DNA of 64,000 bases from an uncultured Alphaproteobacteria bacterium (GCA_902586695.1 CACIIL010000001.1:100738-164737); one strand, 5' to 3'. Numbered from the stretch's first letter, positions 36,493-48,693 are shown. Notes: a model not told the origin generated them from the sequence alone. A program made the numbers and translations.

Positions 36493-37779
36493 TTATTCTT
36501 CAATGGATTCCTCAAAAATACTTAAACCTTTAATTAGGTCTAACGCTCTTTGAAGTTGGTAATCTCTAGCCAATCTTTTATCTTTTTCACTTAATTCTAT
36601 ATTTTCTTCTATATTTTCTTCTGAATCTTCATTTTTATCTAATGAATCTTTAAGATCAGATTCAGAAAATCTTTTAAAATCATATGATTCAAACTCACCT
36701 TGCTCAACAATTATATCAGGCATAATACCTTTTCCTTGAATCGATTCCCCTGATGGAGTGTAATATCTGGCTGTAGTTAATCTTATACCAGAAACATTAT
36801 CTGCACTTGATCTCTGGAAAGGAATTATTGTTTGAACTGATCCTTTTCCAAAAGATTGAGTACCTATTATTATTGCACGTCTATGATCTTGGAGAGCCCC
36901 AGCAACAATTTCTGCAGCAGAGGCTGAACCACCATTTATTAAAACAACAATTGGTTTACCATTGGTATGGTCTTTATTTTTTGCTCTGTATCTTCTTATA
37001 TCTTTTTTCTCTCTACCTCTAGTTGAAACAATTTCACCTCTCTTAAGAAAAATATCTGCAACCTTTACTGCCTGATTTAATAATCCACCTGGATTAGATC
37101 GGATATCAAGAATGTATCCACTAACATTTTCATTTTCTTTTTGAATCTTTTTAATTGATTTTAATAAACCATCTTGAGTTTGCTCTGTAAAAGAAGTAAT
37201 CCTTAAATAACCAATATCATCATATGTTTCACTTTTTACAGATTGGATTTTAATTATATCTCTAATAATCTTTACTTCAAATGGTTCAGTACCTTCTCTT
37301 GAGATTGTTATTCTAATCGGCTCACCTTTTTTACCTCTCATTAATTCTACTGCCTCATTAAGTGTTAAACCAAAAACAGGTGTATCATCAATTTGAATAA
37401 TAAAATCTCCAGCTAATATTCCTGCATCGTAAGCTGGAGTATCCTCAATTGGTGAAATAACTTTTACAAAACCTTCTTCCATTGTAATTTCTATACCCAA
37501 TCCACCAAATTTTCCTTGTGTGTCCATTTGCATTTCTTGCCATACTTCTTCATTCATATAGCCAGAATGTGGGTCAAGGCCTGTTAACATTCCATCAATA
37601 GCTTTTTCAATTAATTCTTGATCAGTTACTTCTTCAACATAGTCGGATCTTACTCTGTCAAATATCTGACCAAATAAATCAAGATATTCATATGTTTCTT
37701 TATTTTTTGAAGCACTGTAAGCATTATTAGAGTTTAATAATATTAATATAATTAAGAAATTTTTCATAATATTTGTCAT
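36493..37779 (-). CDS. ctpA: carboxyl-terminal processing protease (S41)
   Basis: signal peptide, PDZ FGGLGI, SNPGGLL, SASAAEIVAGALQD, FGKGSVQ. Confidence 0.93.
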   Translation of the reverse strand: MTNIMKNFLIILILLNSNNAYSASKNKETYEYLDLFGQIFDRVRSDYVEEVTDQELIEKAIDGMLTGLDPHSGYMNEEVWQEMQMDTQGKFGGLGIEITMEEGFVKVISPIEDTPAYDAGILAGDFIIQIDDTPVFGLTLNEAVELMRGKKGEPIRITISREGTEPFEVKIIRDIIKIQSVKSETYDDIGYLRITSFTEQTQDGLLKSIKKIQKENENVSGYILDIRSNPGGLLNQAVKVADIFLKRGEIVSTRGREKKDIRRYRAKNKDHTNGKPIVVLINGGSASAAEIVAGALQDHRRAIIIGTQSFGKGSVQTIIPFQRSSADNVSGIRLTTARYYTPSGESIQGKGIMPDIIVEQGEFESYDFKRFSESDLKDSLDKNEDSEENIEENIELSEKDKRLARDYQLQRALDLIKGLSIFEESIEE

Positions 37780-37802
37780 TGTATTACCTTTTATTTACCA
37801 AA

Positions 37803-38159
37803 TTAATTTGCAATTTTATTTTTTTCAGATTCAAAGTTAAATTCCCATAATTGTTCTAAGTTATATAATTTTCTTATTTCTTTCCTAAATAAATGAATAA
37901 TAACTGAGTCAGCATCAACTATAACCCAATCACATTTTGGTCTCCCCTCAGGTGTTGTACTATTAAGCCCCATTTTTTTTAATTGTTTTACTAATTCTTC
38001 AGCAGTAGCATCAGCATGTCTCGTAGATCGACAGGTAGATATTATAAAATAGTCAGCAACAGATGATTTATTTCTCAAATCAATTATTTTTATATCTTCA
38101 GTTTTTGCGTCATCAAGTATGCTGAAGATTTTATCTGTTAATGATGATGAAGTTTTAAT
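37803..38159 (-). CDS. rsfS: ribosome silencing factor RsfS; probable ATT start
   Basis: ADYFII.T.RS.RH, WVIVDA, IHLF, YNLEQLW; the frame stays open upstream of TTG 38078 and encodes ILDDAKTEDIKIIDL. Confidence 0.88.
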   Translation of the reverse strand: MKTSSSLTDKIFSILDDAKTEDIKIIDLRNKSSVADYFIISTCRSTRHADATAEELVKQLKKMGLNSTTPEGRPKCDWVIVDADSVIIHLFRKEIRKLYNLEQLWEFNFESEKNKIAN

Positions 38160-38736
38160 CTTTGGACCTCAATTGTTCTCTTTGTTTTCTTATTTCAGTT
38201 GAAGATATTTTAATTTCTTTATTTTGAATAATAGTCCAAGCTGGTAGTTTATAAAAACTTTCAATACGTATATTTTTTTCATTTATCTTGAAGTTTTTAT
38301 AAAAGTTTGATGTATAACTTTTCAAAGCTTTTTCATTATAACCATATCTTCTAAACACTACAATAGGGATTTCACGCATTATTTTAGTTGCATTTTGCCA
38401 TTTATGAAAGTTAATTAAATTATCAGCACCCATAAGCCATATAAAATTAATATTTTTATAATGACTATTTAAATACTTAATAGTTTGATAAGAATATTTT
38501 GAGTTTATTTTTATTTCTATTTCTTTAATTTTTATTGGTTGAGTTTTTGTAATTAATCTACAGTTTCTTACTCTTTCTTTATAACTTGCGGGTTTATTAA
38601 TTTTTAGTGGATTTTGAGGGGTGACTAGCCACCAAATTTCATCAAGATTAAAAATTTTTTTAGCTTCTAGCGATATGTATAAATGTCCTTTATGAGGAGG
38701 GTCAAATGAACCTCCAAGCAAACCTATATTTTTCAT
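38155..38736 (-). CDS. nadD: nicotinate-nucleotide adenylyltransferase
   Basis: GGSFDPPHKGH, MGADNL, ISSTEIR. Confidence 0.93.
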   Translation of the reverse strand: MKNIGLLGGSFDPPHKGHLYISLEAKKIFNLDEIWWLVTPQNPLKINKPASYKERVRNCRLITKTQPIKIKEIEIKINSKYSYQTIKYLNSHYKNINFIWLMGADNLINFHKWQNATKIMREIPIVVFRRYGYNEKALKSYTSNFYKNFKINEKNIRIESFYKLPAWTIIQNKEIKISSTEIRKQREQLRSKD

Positions 38737-39989
38737 TTAAGGTCTAATCTGGCCACTTCCATGAACAACATATTTAAATGTTGTTAAATGTTTAGCTCCT
38801 ACCGGGCCTCTGACATGAAGTTTATCAGTAGAGATACCAATTTCTGCACCAAAACCAAATTCTCCTCCGTCAGCATATTGTGTAGATGCATTCTTAAGTA
38901 TTATTGCACTGTCAATATTATTATAAAATTCAATAAATTGATCTTCATTTTCTGTGATTATTGATTCAGTATGATTTGATGAATAATTATTAATATGCTC
39001 AATTGCCCCTTTAACCCCGTTTACAATTTTAACAGAAATAATTTTATCTAAGTATTCTATTGACCAATCTTCTTCTGTTGCCGAATTAAAATTTTTATCT
39101 AATGTTTGAATAAATTCATCACCTTTTATTTCGCATCCAGCTTCATATAATGGTAACAATAATTCATATGCTTTTTCTTTTATTGCAGAGTCTATTAATA
39201 ATGTTTCTGTTGCACCGCAAATTTCAGGTCTTCTCAATTTACTATTAAAAATAACTTTTTTAGCTAGATCAATATTTGCTTCTTTGTCTACGAATATATG
39301 GCATAATCCTTCTAAATGTTTTATTACTGGGATTTTACTTTTTTCATTTATTTTTTTAATCAAACTTTTTCCACCTCTTGGAATTATTACATTGATGTAA
39401 TTATTCATAGATAAAAGATGATCAACAGCTTCTCTTTCAGGAGTAGGTATCATTTGAATTATATTTTTTGGAAGTCCAGCTTTATCAAATGACTCATTTA
39501 TTATTTTAACAAGCTCAAAAGATGAATGAAAACTATCACTACCACCTCTTAATATTAGAGCATTATTAGACTTGAGAGATAGACATGACGCATCGATAGT
39601 AACATTTGGTCTAGATTCATAAATTACACCCAATACACCTAAGGGCACAGATATTTTCGAAAATTTAAGACCATTAGGCTGTTCCCAACTTTCAAGTATC
39701 TTGCCAATCGGTTCTGGTAAATTTTTAATATCATTTACACTTTTAATTATTCCCAATATTGAATCTTCAGTAACTTTTAAACGATTTATAAGTGGTTTAG
39801 CTAAATTATTTTTAATAGCATTATCTATATCTAATTTATTAGCATCTAATATTTTTTTTGTATTAATTTTAAGATTTTTCTCCAGGTTTTCGTATGCAAT
39901 TTTTTTTTGTTCTGATTTTAATACTCTAATTTTTGTAGATGCAGTTTTTGCTTTATTTCCTAAATTATTAATTATTTCTATAATATTCA

Positions 39990-39990
<1 letters not shown>
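38737..39990 (-). CDS. proA: gamma-glutamyl phosphate reductase
   Basis: IYESRPNVT, ICGATETLL, FGFGAEIGIST, RGPVG. Confidence 0.96.
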
Positions 39991-42093
<2,103 letters not shown>

Positions 42094-42108
42094 TTAATCT
42101 TCTATTAA

Positions 42109-42360
42109 TTATGCGGGTACTACAGAAACGTATGTTTTGATACGGGTTTTTTTAAATAAAACCTTACCATCAACTGTAGCAAAAATAGTATGATCTTTAC
42201 CAATACCAACATTATTTCCTGGATGAAACTTTGTACCTCTTTGTCGTACAATTATATTTCCAGATATAACTTTTTCACCACCAAATTTTTTAACACCTAA
42301 ACGACGACCAATAGAGTCGCGGCCATTACGTGAACTACCACCTGCTTTTTTAGTAGCCAT
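42109..42360 (-). CDS. rpmA: 50S ribosomal protein L27
   Basis: [19 protein letters not shown]. Confidence 0.97.
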   Translation of the reverse strand: MATKKAGGSSRNGRDSIGRRLGVKKFGGEKVISGNIIVRQRGTKFHPGNNVGIGKDHTIFATVDGKVLFKKTRIKTYVSVVPA

Positions 42361-42839
42361 TATTTCTTTTCCTTTGATTTTGTGGTTTTTTTATTAACTG
42401 ATTTTTTAGTAGCAGTTTTTTTCTTTAGAACAACTTTTTTAACTGAAGCAGTTTTTTTCTTTGGAGCAGTTTTGGTTTCTAGTGAATTTTTTTCTAACTC
42501 CTTTTTTTCCGATACAGATTTTTTTCCACCCATGGAGATAGATTCAATTTTTAAAACTGTTAAATATTGTCTATGACCTTGAGTTGATCTGTAATTTTGT
42601 CTCTTTCTTTTTTTAAAAACAATAATTTTTTTATCTCTAATCTGATCAAGAATTTTTGCTTCAACAACTGCACCTTCAACTAAAGGTGATCCAATTTTAT
42701 TTTGTGTTTTTTCAGATATAGCAAGAACATCTTTAAAAGATACATTATCTCCCTTTTTTCCTTCAAGCTTTTCTACTTTAAGAATTTGTCCCGCTTTTAC
42801 AGAATATTGTTTTCCACCTGTTTTGAATACTGCTAACAT
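42360..42839 (-). CDS. rplU: 50S ribosomal protein L21 with Lys-rich tail
   Basis: [16 protein letters not shown]. Confidence 0.96.
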   Translation of the reverse strand: MLAVFKTGGKQYSVKAGQILKVEKLEGKKGDNVSFKDVLAISEKTQNKIGSPLVEGAVVEAKILDQIRDKKIIVFKKRKRQNYRSTQGHRQYLTVLKIESISMGGKKSVSEKKELEKNSLETKTAPKKKTASVKKVVLKKKTATKKSVNKKTTKSKEKK

Positions 42840-42859
42840 AAGTTCCTTCGAATGATGGG

Positions 42860-42888
42860 CGTTTATATCTAAGGTCTAAAATAGTCAA
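42860..42888 (-). promoter_or_regulatory. sigma70 promoter of the rplU operon
   Basis: TTGACT(42888-83)-17 bp-TAAACG(42865-60) followed by CCC discriminator. Confidence 0.55.
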
Positions 42889-42928
42889 ATAAAAATACCT
42901 AGATTTGCTTTTTTTTGCCTAAAAAGTA

Positions 42929-43693
42929 CTAAAAATTGTCCTTTCTCTCTCTAAGGTATCTAAAAAATTCAGTATTTGAATATTTTTTTCTTTTTTTAAA
43001 TTCTGATCCCATTTCACACTCTTGATTTAAAAAAGGGTTACATTTTTTTTCTTCACCAAGATTAAAAGGTATTGATCTTCCATTAGAAATTAAATCTTTT
43101 AAAATTTTATTTTTTGTTTTTTCTAAAATTAAATTATTTTTAAAAATAAACTCTAAAAAATTTAAATTATTTTTAGTGTATTCATGACCACAAAATACTA
43201 TCATTTTATCAGGTAATCTAAAAAGTTTTTGTAATGAATTTTGCATTTGTTCAAATGTTCCTTCAAATATACGCCCACAACCTAATCGAAAAAGAACATC
43301 TCCACAAAATAAAAAATTATTATTATAGTCGCACAAAACAATATGATCTAAAGTGTGACCTGGTGTCGATAGTATTTTAAATTCATTAAGAGAGGTGCTT
43401 AATAAATCACCGTCAGAAATTTTATTTATTTTTAAAGAATATAACTCTGAAGGAGAAAATATTTTTACTTCAGGATATTCTTTTACTAAGTTTACTACCC
43501 CAGATGTATGATCGCTGTGATGGTGAGTAATAAAAATATAATCTAAATTTAAATTTTTTTTTTTTAATATATTAATTATTGAATTTGCTTCTGCAGGATC
43601 TACAATTATACTTGAAGAACTATTATTATTAAATAATAAATAAGAGTAGTTATCACTAAGTTGGTTGATAATCTCTACTGATAAATTTTCCAT
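42929..43693 (-). CDS. gloB: hydroxyacylglutathione hydrolase (glyoxalase II)
   Basis: DNYSY, THHHSDH, PGHT, GCGRIFEG, CGHEYT; TGATG overlap with metW. Confidence 0.93.
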   Translation of the reverse strand: MENLSVEIINQLSDNYSYLLFNNNSSSSIIVDPAEANSIINILKKKNLNLDYIFITHHHSDHTSGVVNLVKEYPEVKIFSPSELYSLKINKISDGDLLSTSLNEFKILSTPGHTLDHIVLCDYNNNFLFCGDVLFRLGCGRIFEGTFEQMQNSLQKLFRLPDKMIVFCGHEYTKNNLNFLEFIFKNNLILEKTKNKILKDLISNGRSIPFNLGEEKKCNPFLNQECEMGSEFKKRKKYSNTEFFRYLRERKDNF

Positions 43694-44376
43694 CAATTTA
43701 CAATAGCAGAGTTTTTTGCAAATATTTTATTTGTTGATTTTATCTTGATAGGTTCAAAATTCTTATAACTTAGAAGAAATATTGCTTCATGAGTGAATAT
43801 ATTTGCAGGAAATAATGAACTTTTAATTGAAAATTGTTTACCTTTATTTGTTAGCCCTATACTTTTTTCAATAGCTATATTCATTTCTTTACATAAATTT
43901 TCAAAATCTTTTAAAGTAAAGAAGTGTATATTTGGTGTGTCATACCATGAGTATGGAAGCCCTTCAGTAATAGGCATCTTGCCCATTAATAGTAATTGTA
44001 ATCTGATTTTCCAATGACCAAAATTAGGAAATGAAACAATTGCTTTAGAGCCAACTCTTAATAATTCTTTCAATATTTTTTTAGGTTCCATCATAGCCTG
44101 TAAAGTTTGACTAAGTATAACATAATCAAAGCTTTGATTTGCATATTGAGAAAGATCTTTTTCTGCATCTCCATGAGTAATGTTTAAACCCTTAGCAATA
44201 GCTTTTGATGCCAGCCCTTGGTTTTTTTCTATTCCATGAATATTTGCTTTTAAATTTTTTTCCAGCTGCTCTATTAATTCACCTTTTCCACAACCAATAT
44301 CTAAAATTCTCGACTTTTCTTTTATTAAAGATTCAATTAGATCCCAATCTTTTCTGATACTTTTAATATTATTCAT
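43693..44376 (-). CDS. metW: methionine biosynthesis protein MetW
   Basis: LDIGCG, VILSQTLQ, SFPNFGHW, WYDTPNIH. Confidence 0.94.
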   Translation of the reverse strand: MNNIKSIRKDWDLIESLIKEKSRILDIGCGKGELIEQLEKNLKANIHGIEKNQGLASKAIAKGLNITHGDAEKDLSQYANQSFDYVILSQTLQAMMEPKKILKELLRVGSKAIVSFPNFGHWKIRLQLLLMGKMPITEGLPYSWYDTPNIHFFTLKDFENLCKEMNIAIEKSIGLTNKGKQFSIKSSLFPANIFTHEAIFLLSYKNFEPIKIKSTNKIFAKNSAIVN

Positions 44377-45520
44377 TTGTTTTCCTATAATTACTTTCTA
44401 AAAATCCTTTAGTAACCTTATCTAACTCTGGCTCATCTAGTAAGAAACTATCATGTCCTTTATCTGTTTCTATTTCTAAAAAACTAACATTTTTTGATAA
44501 GTTATTTAATATTTTTACTATTTCTTTATTTTCTCTAGTTGGAAATAGCCAATCAGAAGTAAAAGATATAATTAAGTAGTTAATATGATTATTTGAATCA
44601 TTAACAAATTCTAGTGTTTTGCGATATGACTCTGAATGATCAAAATAATCCATTGCTCTTGTTAAATATAAGTAAGAGTTTGCATCAAATCTTTCAACAA
44701 ATGATCTACCTTGATATCGTAAATAACTTTCAATTTGAAAATCAGCATCAAATCCAAATGATATAATGTCTCTAGATTGAAGTTTTCTTCCAAATTTTCT
44801 ATGCATAGCATCTTCTGATAAATAAGTTATATGAGCAATCATTCTTGCTACTGACAAACCTCTCTCTGGAACAGTTTTTTCTTCACTATAATTTCCTTTA
44901 TGCCAATTAGAATCATTCATTATGGCTTGTCTACCCACCTCGTGAAAAGCAATATTTTGAGCAGAGTGTTTAAGAGCACCAGCAATATGAATAATTGATT
45001 TAATTCTATTTGGAAAATCTATAGACCACTGTAAGGCTTGCATAGCTCCCATAGAGCCTCCAACTACACTAAATAATTGATCAATTTTTAAGGCATCTAA
45101 TAATTTTGCTTGAGCATCAACAATATCTTTTATTGTTATAGAAGGAAATTCACCACCATAAATATTTTCATTACTATCTTTTTTATCTTTTGGACCTGTA
45201 GATCCTGCACATCCACCAAGTACATTTGAACAAATAACAAAAAATTTATTTGTATCAATTGGCTTATTTGGACCTACCATTCTTGACCACCATCCATCAC
45301 GTCCAGTAATAGGATTTTTACCTGTCACATATTGATCACCTGTTAATGCATGACAAATCAATATTGCATTTGTTTTATTTTGATTAAGCGTTCCAAAAGT
45401 TTTATATGCTAATCTGTAATTATTTAACAAATACCCTGATTCAAGTTTAAAATCTACATTTGTAAAATCAACAAAATTACAATCCAATTCTTTATCTTTT
45501 ATTATTTTAAAATTACTCAT
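44369..45520 (-). CDS. metX: homoserine O-acetyltransferase
   Basis: CHALTGD, GGSMG, FDANSY, GHDSFL; ATG 45520 (track GTG start at 45574 sits at the riboswitch end). Confidence 0.95.
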   Translation of the reverse strand: MSNFKIIKDKELDCNFVDFTNVDFKLESGYLLNNYRLAYKTFGTLNQNKTNAILICHALTGDQYVTGKNPITGRDGWWSRMVGPNKPIDTNKFFVICSNVLGGCAGSTGPKDKKDSNENIYGGEFPSITIKDIVDAQAKLLDALKIDQLFSVVGGSMGAMQALQWSIDFPNRIKSIIHIAGALKHSAQNIAFHEVGRQAIMNDSNWHKGNYSEEKTVPERGLSVARMIAHITYLSEDAMHRKFGRKLQSRDIISFGFDADFQIESYLRYQGRSFVERFDANSYLYLTRAMDYFDHSESYRKTLEFVNDSNNHINYLIISFTSDWLFPTRENKEIVKILNNLSKNVSFLEIETDKGHDSFLLDEPELDKVTKGFLESNYRKTNE

Positions 45521-45573
45521 AAATTCATAACTATCCAACCAAAGTGAGAATTTTATTTTATGAGGAGGTATCA

Positions 45574-45622
45574 CGCTTTAGCTGTTTAGATACACACCCG
45601 CAAGCTGTCTCAAATCGGTGTA
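45574..45622 (-). promoter_or_regulatory. SAM-II (SAM-alpha) riboswitch
   Basis: TACACC-GATTTGAGACAGCTTGC-GGGTGTG...GCTAAAGCG: P1 plus conserved GAUUU/UUGC/GCUAAA, upstream of metX. Confidence 0.85.
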
Positions 45623-45629
45623 AATGTGG

Positions 45630-45657
45630 TATTTAATTTATATCTATTTTTTGTCAA
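45630..45657 (-). promoter_or_regulatory. sigma70 promoter of the metX leader
   Basis: TTGACA(45657-52)-16 bp-TAAATA, ending about 7 nt before riboswitch P1. Confidence 0.5.
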
Positions 45658-45734
45658 TATTTCTTCATTTTTTCCAATAAATTACTGTTTATTTTGATTT
45701 ATTGTCATTTAATTTGTAAAGACAGCCACATAAT

Positions 45735-47084
45735 ATGGATAATAATAAAATAGAGTTATTGAGAAATAATATTAATTCGCTTGATGATAAAATTTTAGAT
45801 CTTTTAAAACAAAGAGCTGAAATTGTTACAGAAATTGGAGCATATAAAAAATCAAAAATTGAAGTAGTTGATATTGAAAGAGAAGAAAAAGTTCTAAATA
45901 GACTTTTAAAAAATTCACAAATCAAATATTCTAAAGACTCCATAGTTAGAATTTGGCGAGAAATTTTTCAAGCTTCAACAAAATTACAACAAAATACGAT
46001 CTCTGCAATAGATACAAAGAGATCAATAAACTCAATAAAAATTTATAAAGGGGGAAAATCTTCTGTTAAGGGTAGAGATAATATAATTAAATTATCTTCT
46101 AATGAAAATTCATATGGTCCTTCCCCTAAAGTTATAGAGTACATCAATAAAAATGAGATACTTTTAAAATCTCATCGTTATCCAAATATAGATGGAGTTA
46201 AATTAAGAGAAAAATTAGCCAATGTTAATAATTTAGATCCTGCACGTATAATTATTGGCTGTGGTTCTGATGAAACACTTCTTTTTACTGCTTTAGCTTT
46301 TTGTCAAGATGGTGATGAAATTATTCATGCAGAACATGGTTTTGAGATGTATTCAATTATATCCAAAATAGTAGGTGCTACATCTAAAATAATAATAGAA
46401 GATGAAAACTACAAAATAAATGTAAAATCAATTCATAATGCAGTAACTCCTTCAACTAAAATTATATACTTAGCTAATCCCAATAATCCTACTGGTACTT
46501 ATTTGACCCGCAAAGAAATTGTTGAACTTTTAAAAATTTTGCCAAAAAATATAATTGTTGTTTTGGATGGCGCATACGCAGAATATGTTATTAAGGATGA
46601 TTACGATGGAGGCTTCTCTTTAGTTAATGAATTTGAAAATGTTATAATAACTAGAACATTTTCAAAAGCATTTGGTCTTGCAGGTTTGAGAATTGGCTGG
46701 TGTTATTCTAGTGAAAAAGTTGCTTCTATTCTAAATAAAGTAAAAGGTCCTTTCAATACACAGACTATATCTCAAGAAATAGCTATTATTGCCCTGGAGG
46801 ATAAGGATTATTTAAAAAAAATTATTAATAATAATGATAAAATTAAAAGGTGGTTTGAGCAAGAGTTAAAAAAACTTAATATTAATACACGACCATCAGA
46901 AGGAAATTTTTCTTTTATTGAATCATCTCAAGAAAAGGCTATTAAAATCTCTACACATCTAACAAATGAAGGAATACTTGTTCGTCAATTAGATAGTTAT
47001 GGATTATCTAACTGTCTTCGTATTACTATAGGTACAAAACAAGAAATGGAAATAACTATTAAAGCTCTAAAAAAAATATCATAA
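45735..47084 (+). CDS. hisC: chorismate mutase (AroQ) / histidinol-phosphate (aromatic) aminotransferase fusion
   Basis: First ~85 aa: LRNNINSLDDKILDLLKQR..REEKVL..IWREIF; then KLSSNEN, NPNNPTG, DGAY, RTFSKAFGLAGLRIG. Confidence 0.9.
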   Translation: MDNNKIELLRNNINSLDDKILDLLKQRAEIVTEIGAYKKSKIEVVDIEREEKVLNRLLKNSQIKYSKDSIVRIWREIFQASTKLQQNTISAIDTKRSINSIKIYKGGKSSVKGRDNIIKLSSNENSYGPSPKVIEYINKNEILLKSHRYPNIDGVKLREKLANVNNLDPARIIIGCGSDETLLFTALAFCQDGDEIIHAEHGFEMYSIISKIVGATSKIIIEDENYKINVKSIHNAVTPSTKIIYLANPNNPTGTYLTRKEIVELLKILPKNIIVVLDGAYAEYVIKDDYDGGFSLVNEFENVIITRTFSKAFGLAGLRIGWCYSSEKVASILNKVKGPFNTQTISQEIAIIALEDKDYLKKIINNNDKIKRWFEQELKKLNINTRPSEGNFSFIESSQEKAIKISTHLTNEGILVRQLDSYGLSNCLRITIGTKQEMEITIKALKKIS

Positions 47085-47086
47085 AT

Positions 47087-47995
47087 ATGAAAAAATTTAA
47101 TTCAGTTTTAATTATTGGAATGGGTCTAATAGGCTCATCAATTTCAAGAGCATTAATTGAAAACCATATAACAAATAATATTTATGGACTAGATTGTGAC
47201 GAAAATGTTATACAAAAATGTAAAAATTTGAATATACTTACTAAAGGTGAAACAGAATTAAATAAATTTGATATTCAGTTCGATCTAATTGTTATTTGTA
47301 CCCCATTAAGTAGTTATAAAAATATATTTAATTCATTAGCAGAATTTGTTTTACAACCAACTCTAGTAACAGATGTTGGCTCAACTAAAATGAGCACAAT
47401 TAAAGATTTTACAAATGTTACTAATAATAAGTATATGACATTTATTCCATCACATCCAATTGCTGGTTTAGAAAAAACTGGACCAGAACATGGTTTTAGC
47501 AAATTATTTAATGACAGATATTGTATATTAACTCCCTTTGAAAAAAATGATGATGCACTTAATAGAATAAGTGAAATGTGGAAGTCAATTGGAATGTCAA
47601 TTGAAATGATGGAACCAGATAGACATGATAGAGTTTTAGCAATGACGTCTCATATTCCACAATTAATTGCTTTTTCTGTAGTTGGTACAGCAACAGAGTT
47701 AGAGTCTCATATGAGAGAGGAAGTTATTAAATATTCAGCTGCAGGCTTTAGAGATTTTACACGACTTGCAGGAAGTGATGCTATTATGTGGAGAGATGTT
47801 TATGATAAAAATAAAGATGCTGTATTAGAAATGTTAGGAAGATTTAGTGAAGATCTCTCTACATATCAAAAAGCAATTAGAAATGGTGATTTAGAATTTT
47901 TACAAAATAAATTTAATCAATCCAAAAAAATTCGAAAAGAGATTGAGGATATTGGACAAGCAGGAAGCTTTGACCCAACTGAAAAAAAAAATTAA
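47087..47995 (+). CDS. tyrA: prephenate/arogenate (cyclohexadienyl) dehydrogenase
   Basis: GMGLIG, DVGSTK, HPIAG, HD..LA.TSH.P, FRDFTRLA. Confidence 0.93.
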   Translation: MKKFNSVLIIGMGLIGSSISRALIENHITNNIYGLDCDENVIQKCKNLNILTKGETELNKFDIQFDLIVICTPLSSYKNIFNSLAEFVLQPTLVTDVGSTKMSTIKDFTNVTNNKYMTFIPSHPIAGLEKTGPEHGFSKLFNDRYCILTPFEKNDDALNRISEMWKSIGMSIEMMEPDRHDRVLAMTSHIPQLIAFSVVGTATELESHMREEVIKYSAAGFRDFTRLAGSDAIMWRDVYDKNKDAVLEMLGRFSEDLSTYQKAIRNGDLEFLQNKFNQSKKIRKEIEDIGQAGSFDPTEKKN

Positions 47996-48693
47996 TCTAA
48001 TAATTTATTAGTTGCAGACTCAATAGAGTCTTCAGTTTTTTTTAAAACCTCTGATTTTTCTAGCCCAATTTCAATTTGTGGCAAAAACTCAATAATTATA
48101 TGTCCTTTTTTTAAAACCTTAATTCCTTTTTGCCAATATAATCCTGAATTAAGGGCTACAGGCTGGAGTTTCCTTTTAGCAGTATTATATATGCCTATAA
48201 AACCAGTTTTATAATCAGTTTTTTCTCTAGGTTTTTTTCGTGTTCCTTCAGGAAAAATTATAATTGTAGAGCCATCATCTAATTTTTTTTTTACAGAAGA
48301 GATCATTTTACGCATTGTTGCTGCGTGGCCCGCCCTATCTATTGATACCATATTACTTTTCATTAAGTATTGACCAAAAATAGGTATAAAAAAAAGCTGT
48401 TTCTTATGAATAAAAAAACTATTTTTTAAATAATAATATAATGCAAATGTTTCAAAAGCAGACTGATGTTTTGAAACAATTATAAGTGGTTCATCTGATA
48501 AATTATCAATCCCTTTAATTTCATGGGTTATTCCACAGATGTATTTTAAAAAAATAAAAATTCCTTTTATCCAAATTTTTGCTGGAAAACGGATATATTT
48601 GCTTGGTAAAAATATGAATGGAAGGCTTAATATGCCCATAAAGATAGTCCATAATGCTAAAGCACAATAAAAAAGAATAGTAAGTGATAACAT
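47992..48693 (-). CDS. plsC: 1-acyl-sn-glycerol-3-phosphate acyltransferase
   Basis: KHQSAFET, IDR, IFPEGTR. Confidence 0.88.
   Translation of the reverse strand: MLSLTILFYCALALWTIFMGILSLPFIFLPSKYIRFPAKIWIKGIFIFLKYICGITHEIKGIDNLSDEPLIIVSKHQSAFETFALYYYLKNSFFIHKKQLFFIPIFGQYLMKSNMVSIDRAGHAATMRKMISSVKKKLDDGSTIIIFPEGTRKKPREKTDYKTGFIGIYNTAKRKLQPVALNSGLYWQKGIKVLKKGHIIIEFLPQIEIGLEKSEVLKKTEDSIESATNKLLD

Noticed and set aside
45562..45569. Strong SD-like GAGGAGGT on the plus strand
   Set aside because: No start codon follows; better explained as part of the minus-strand metX leader.
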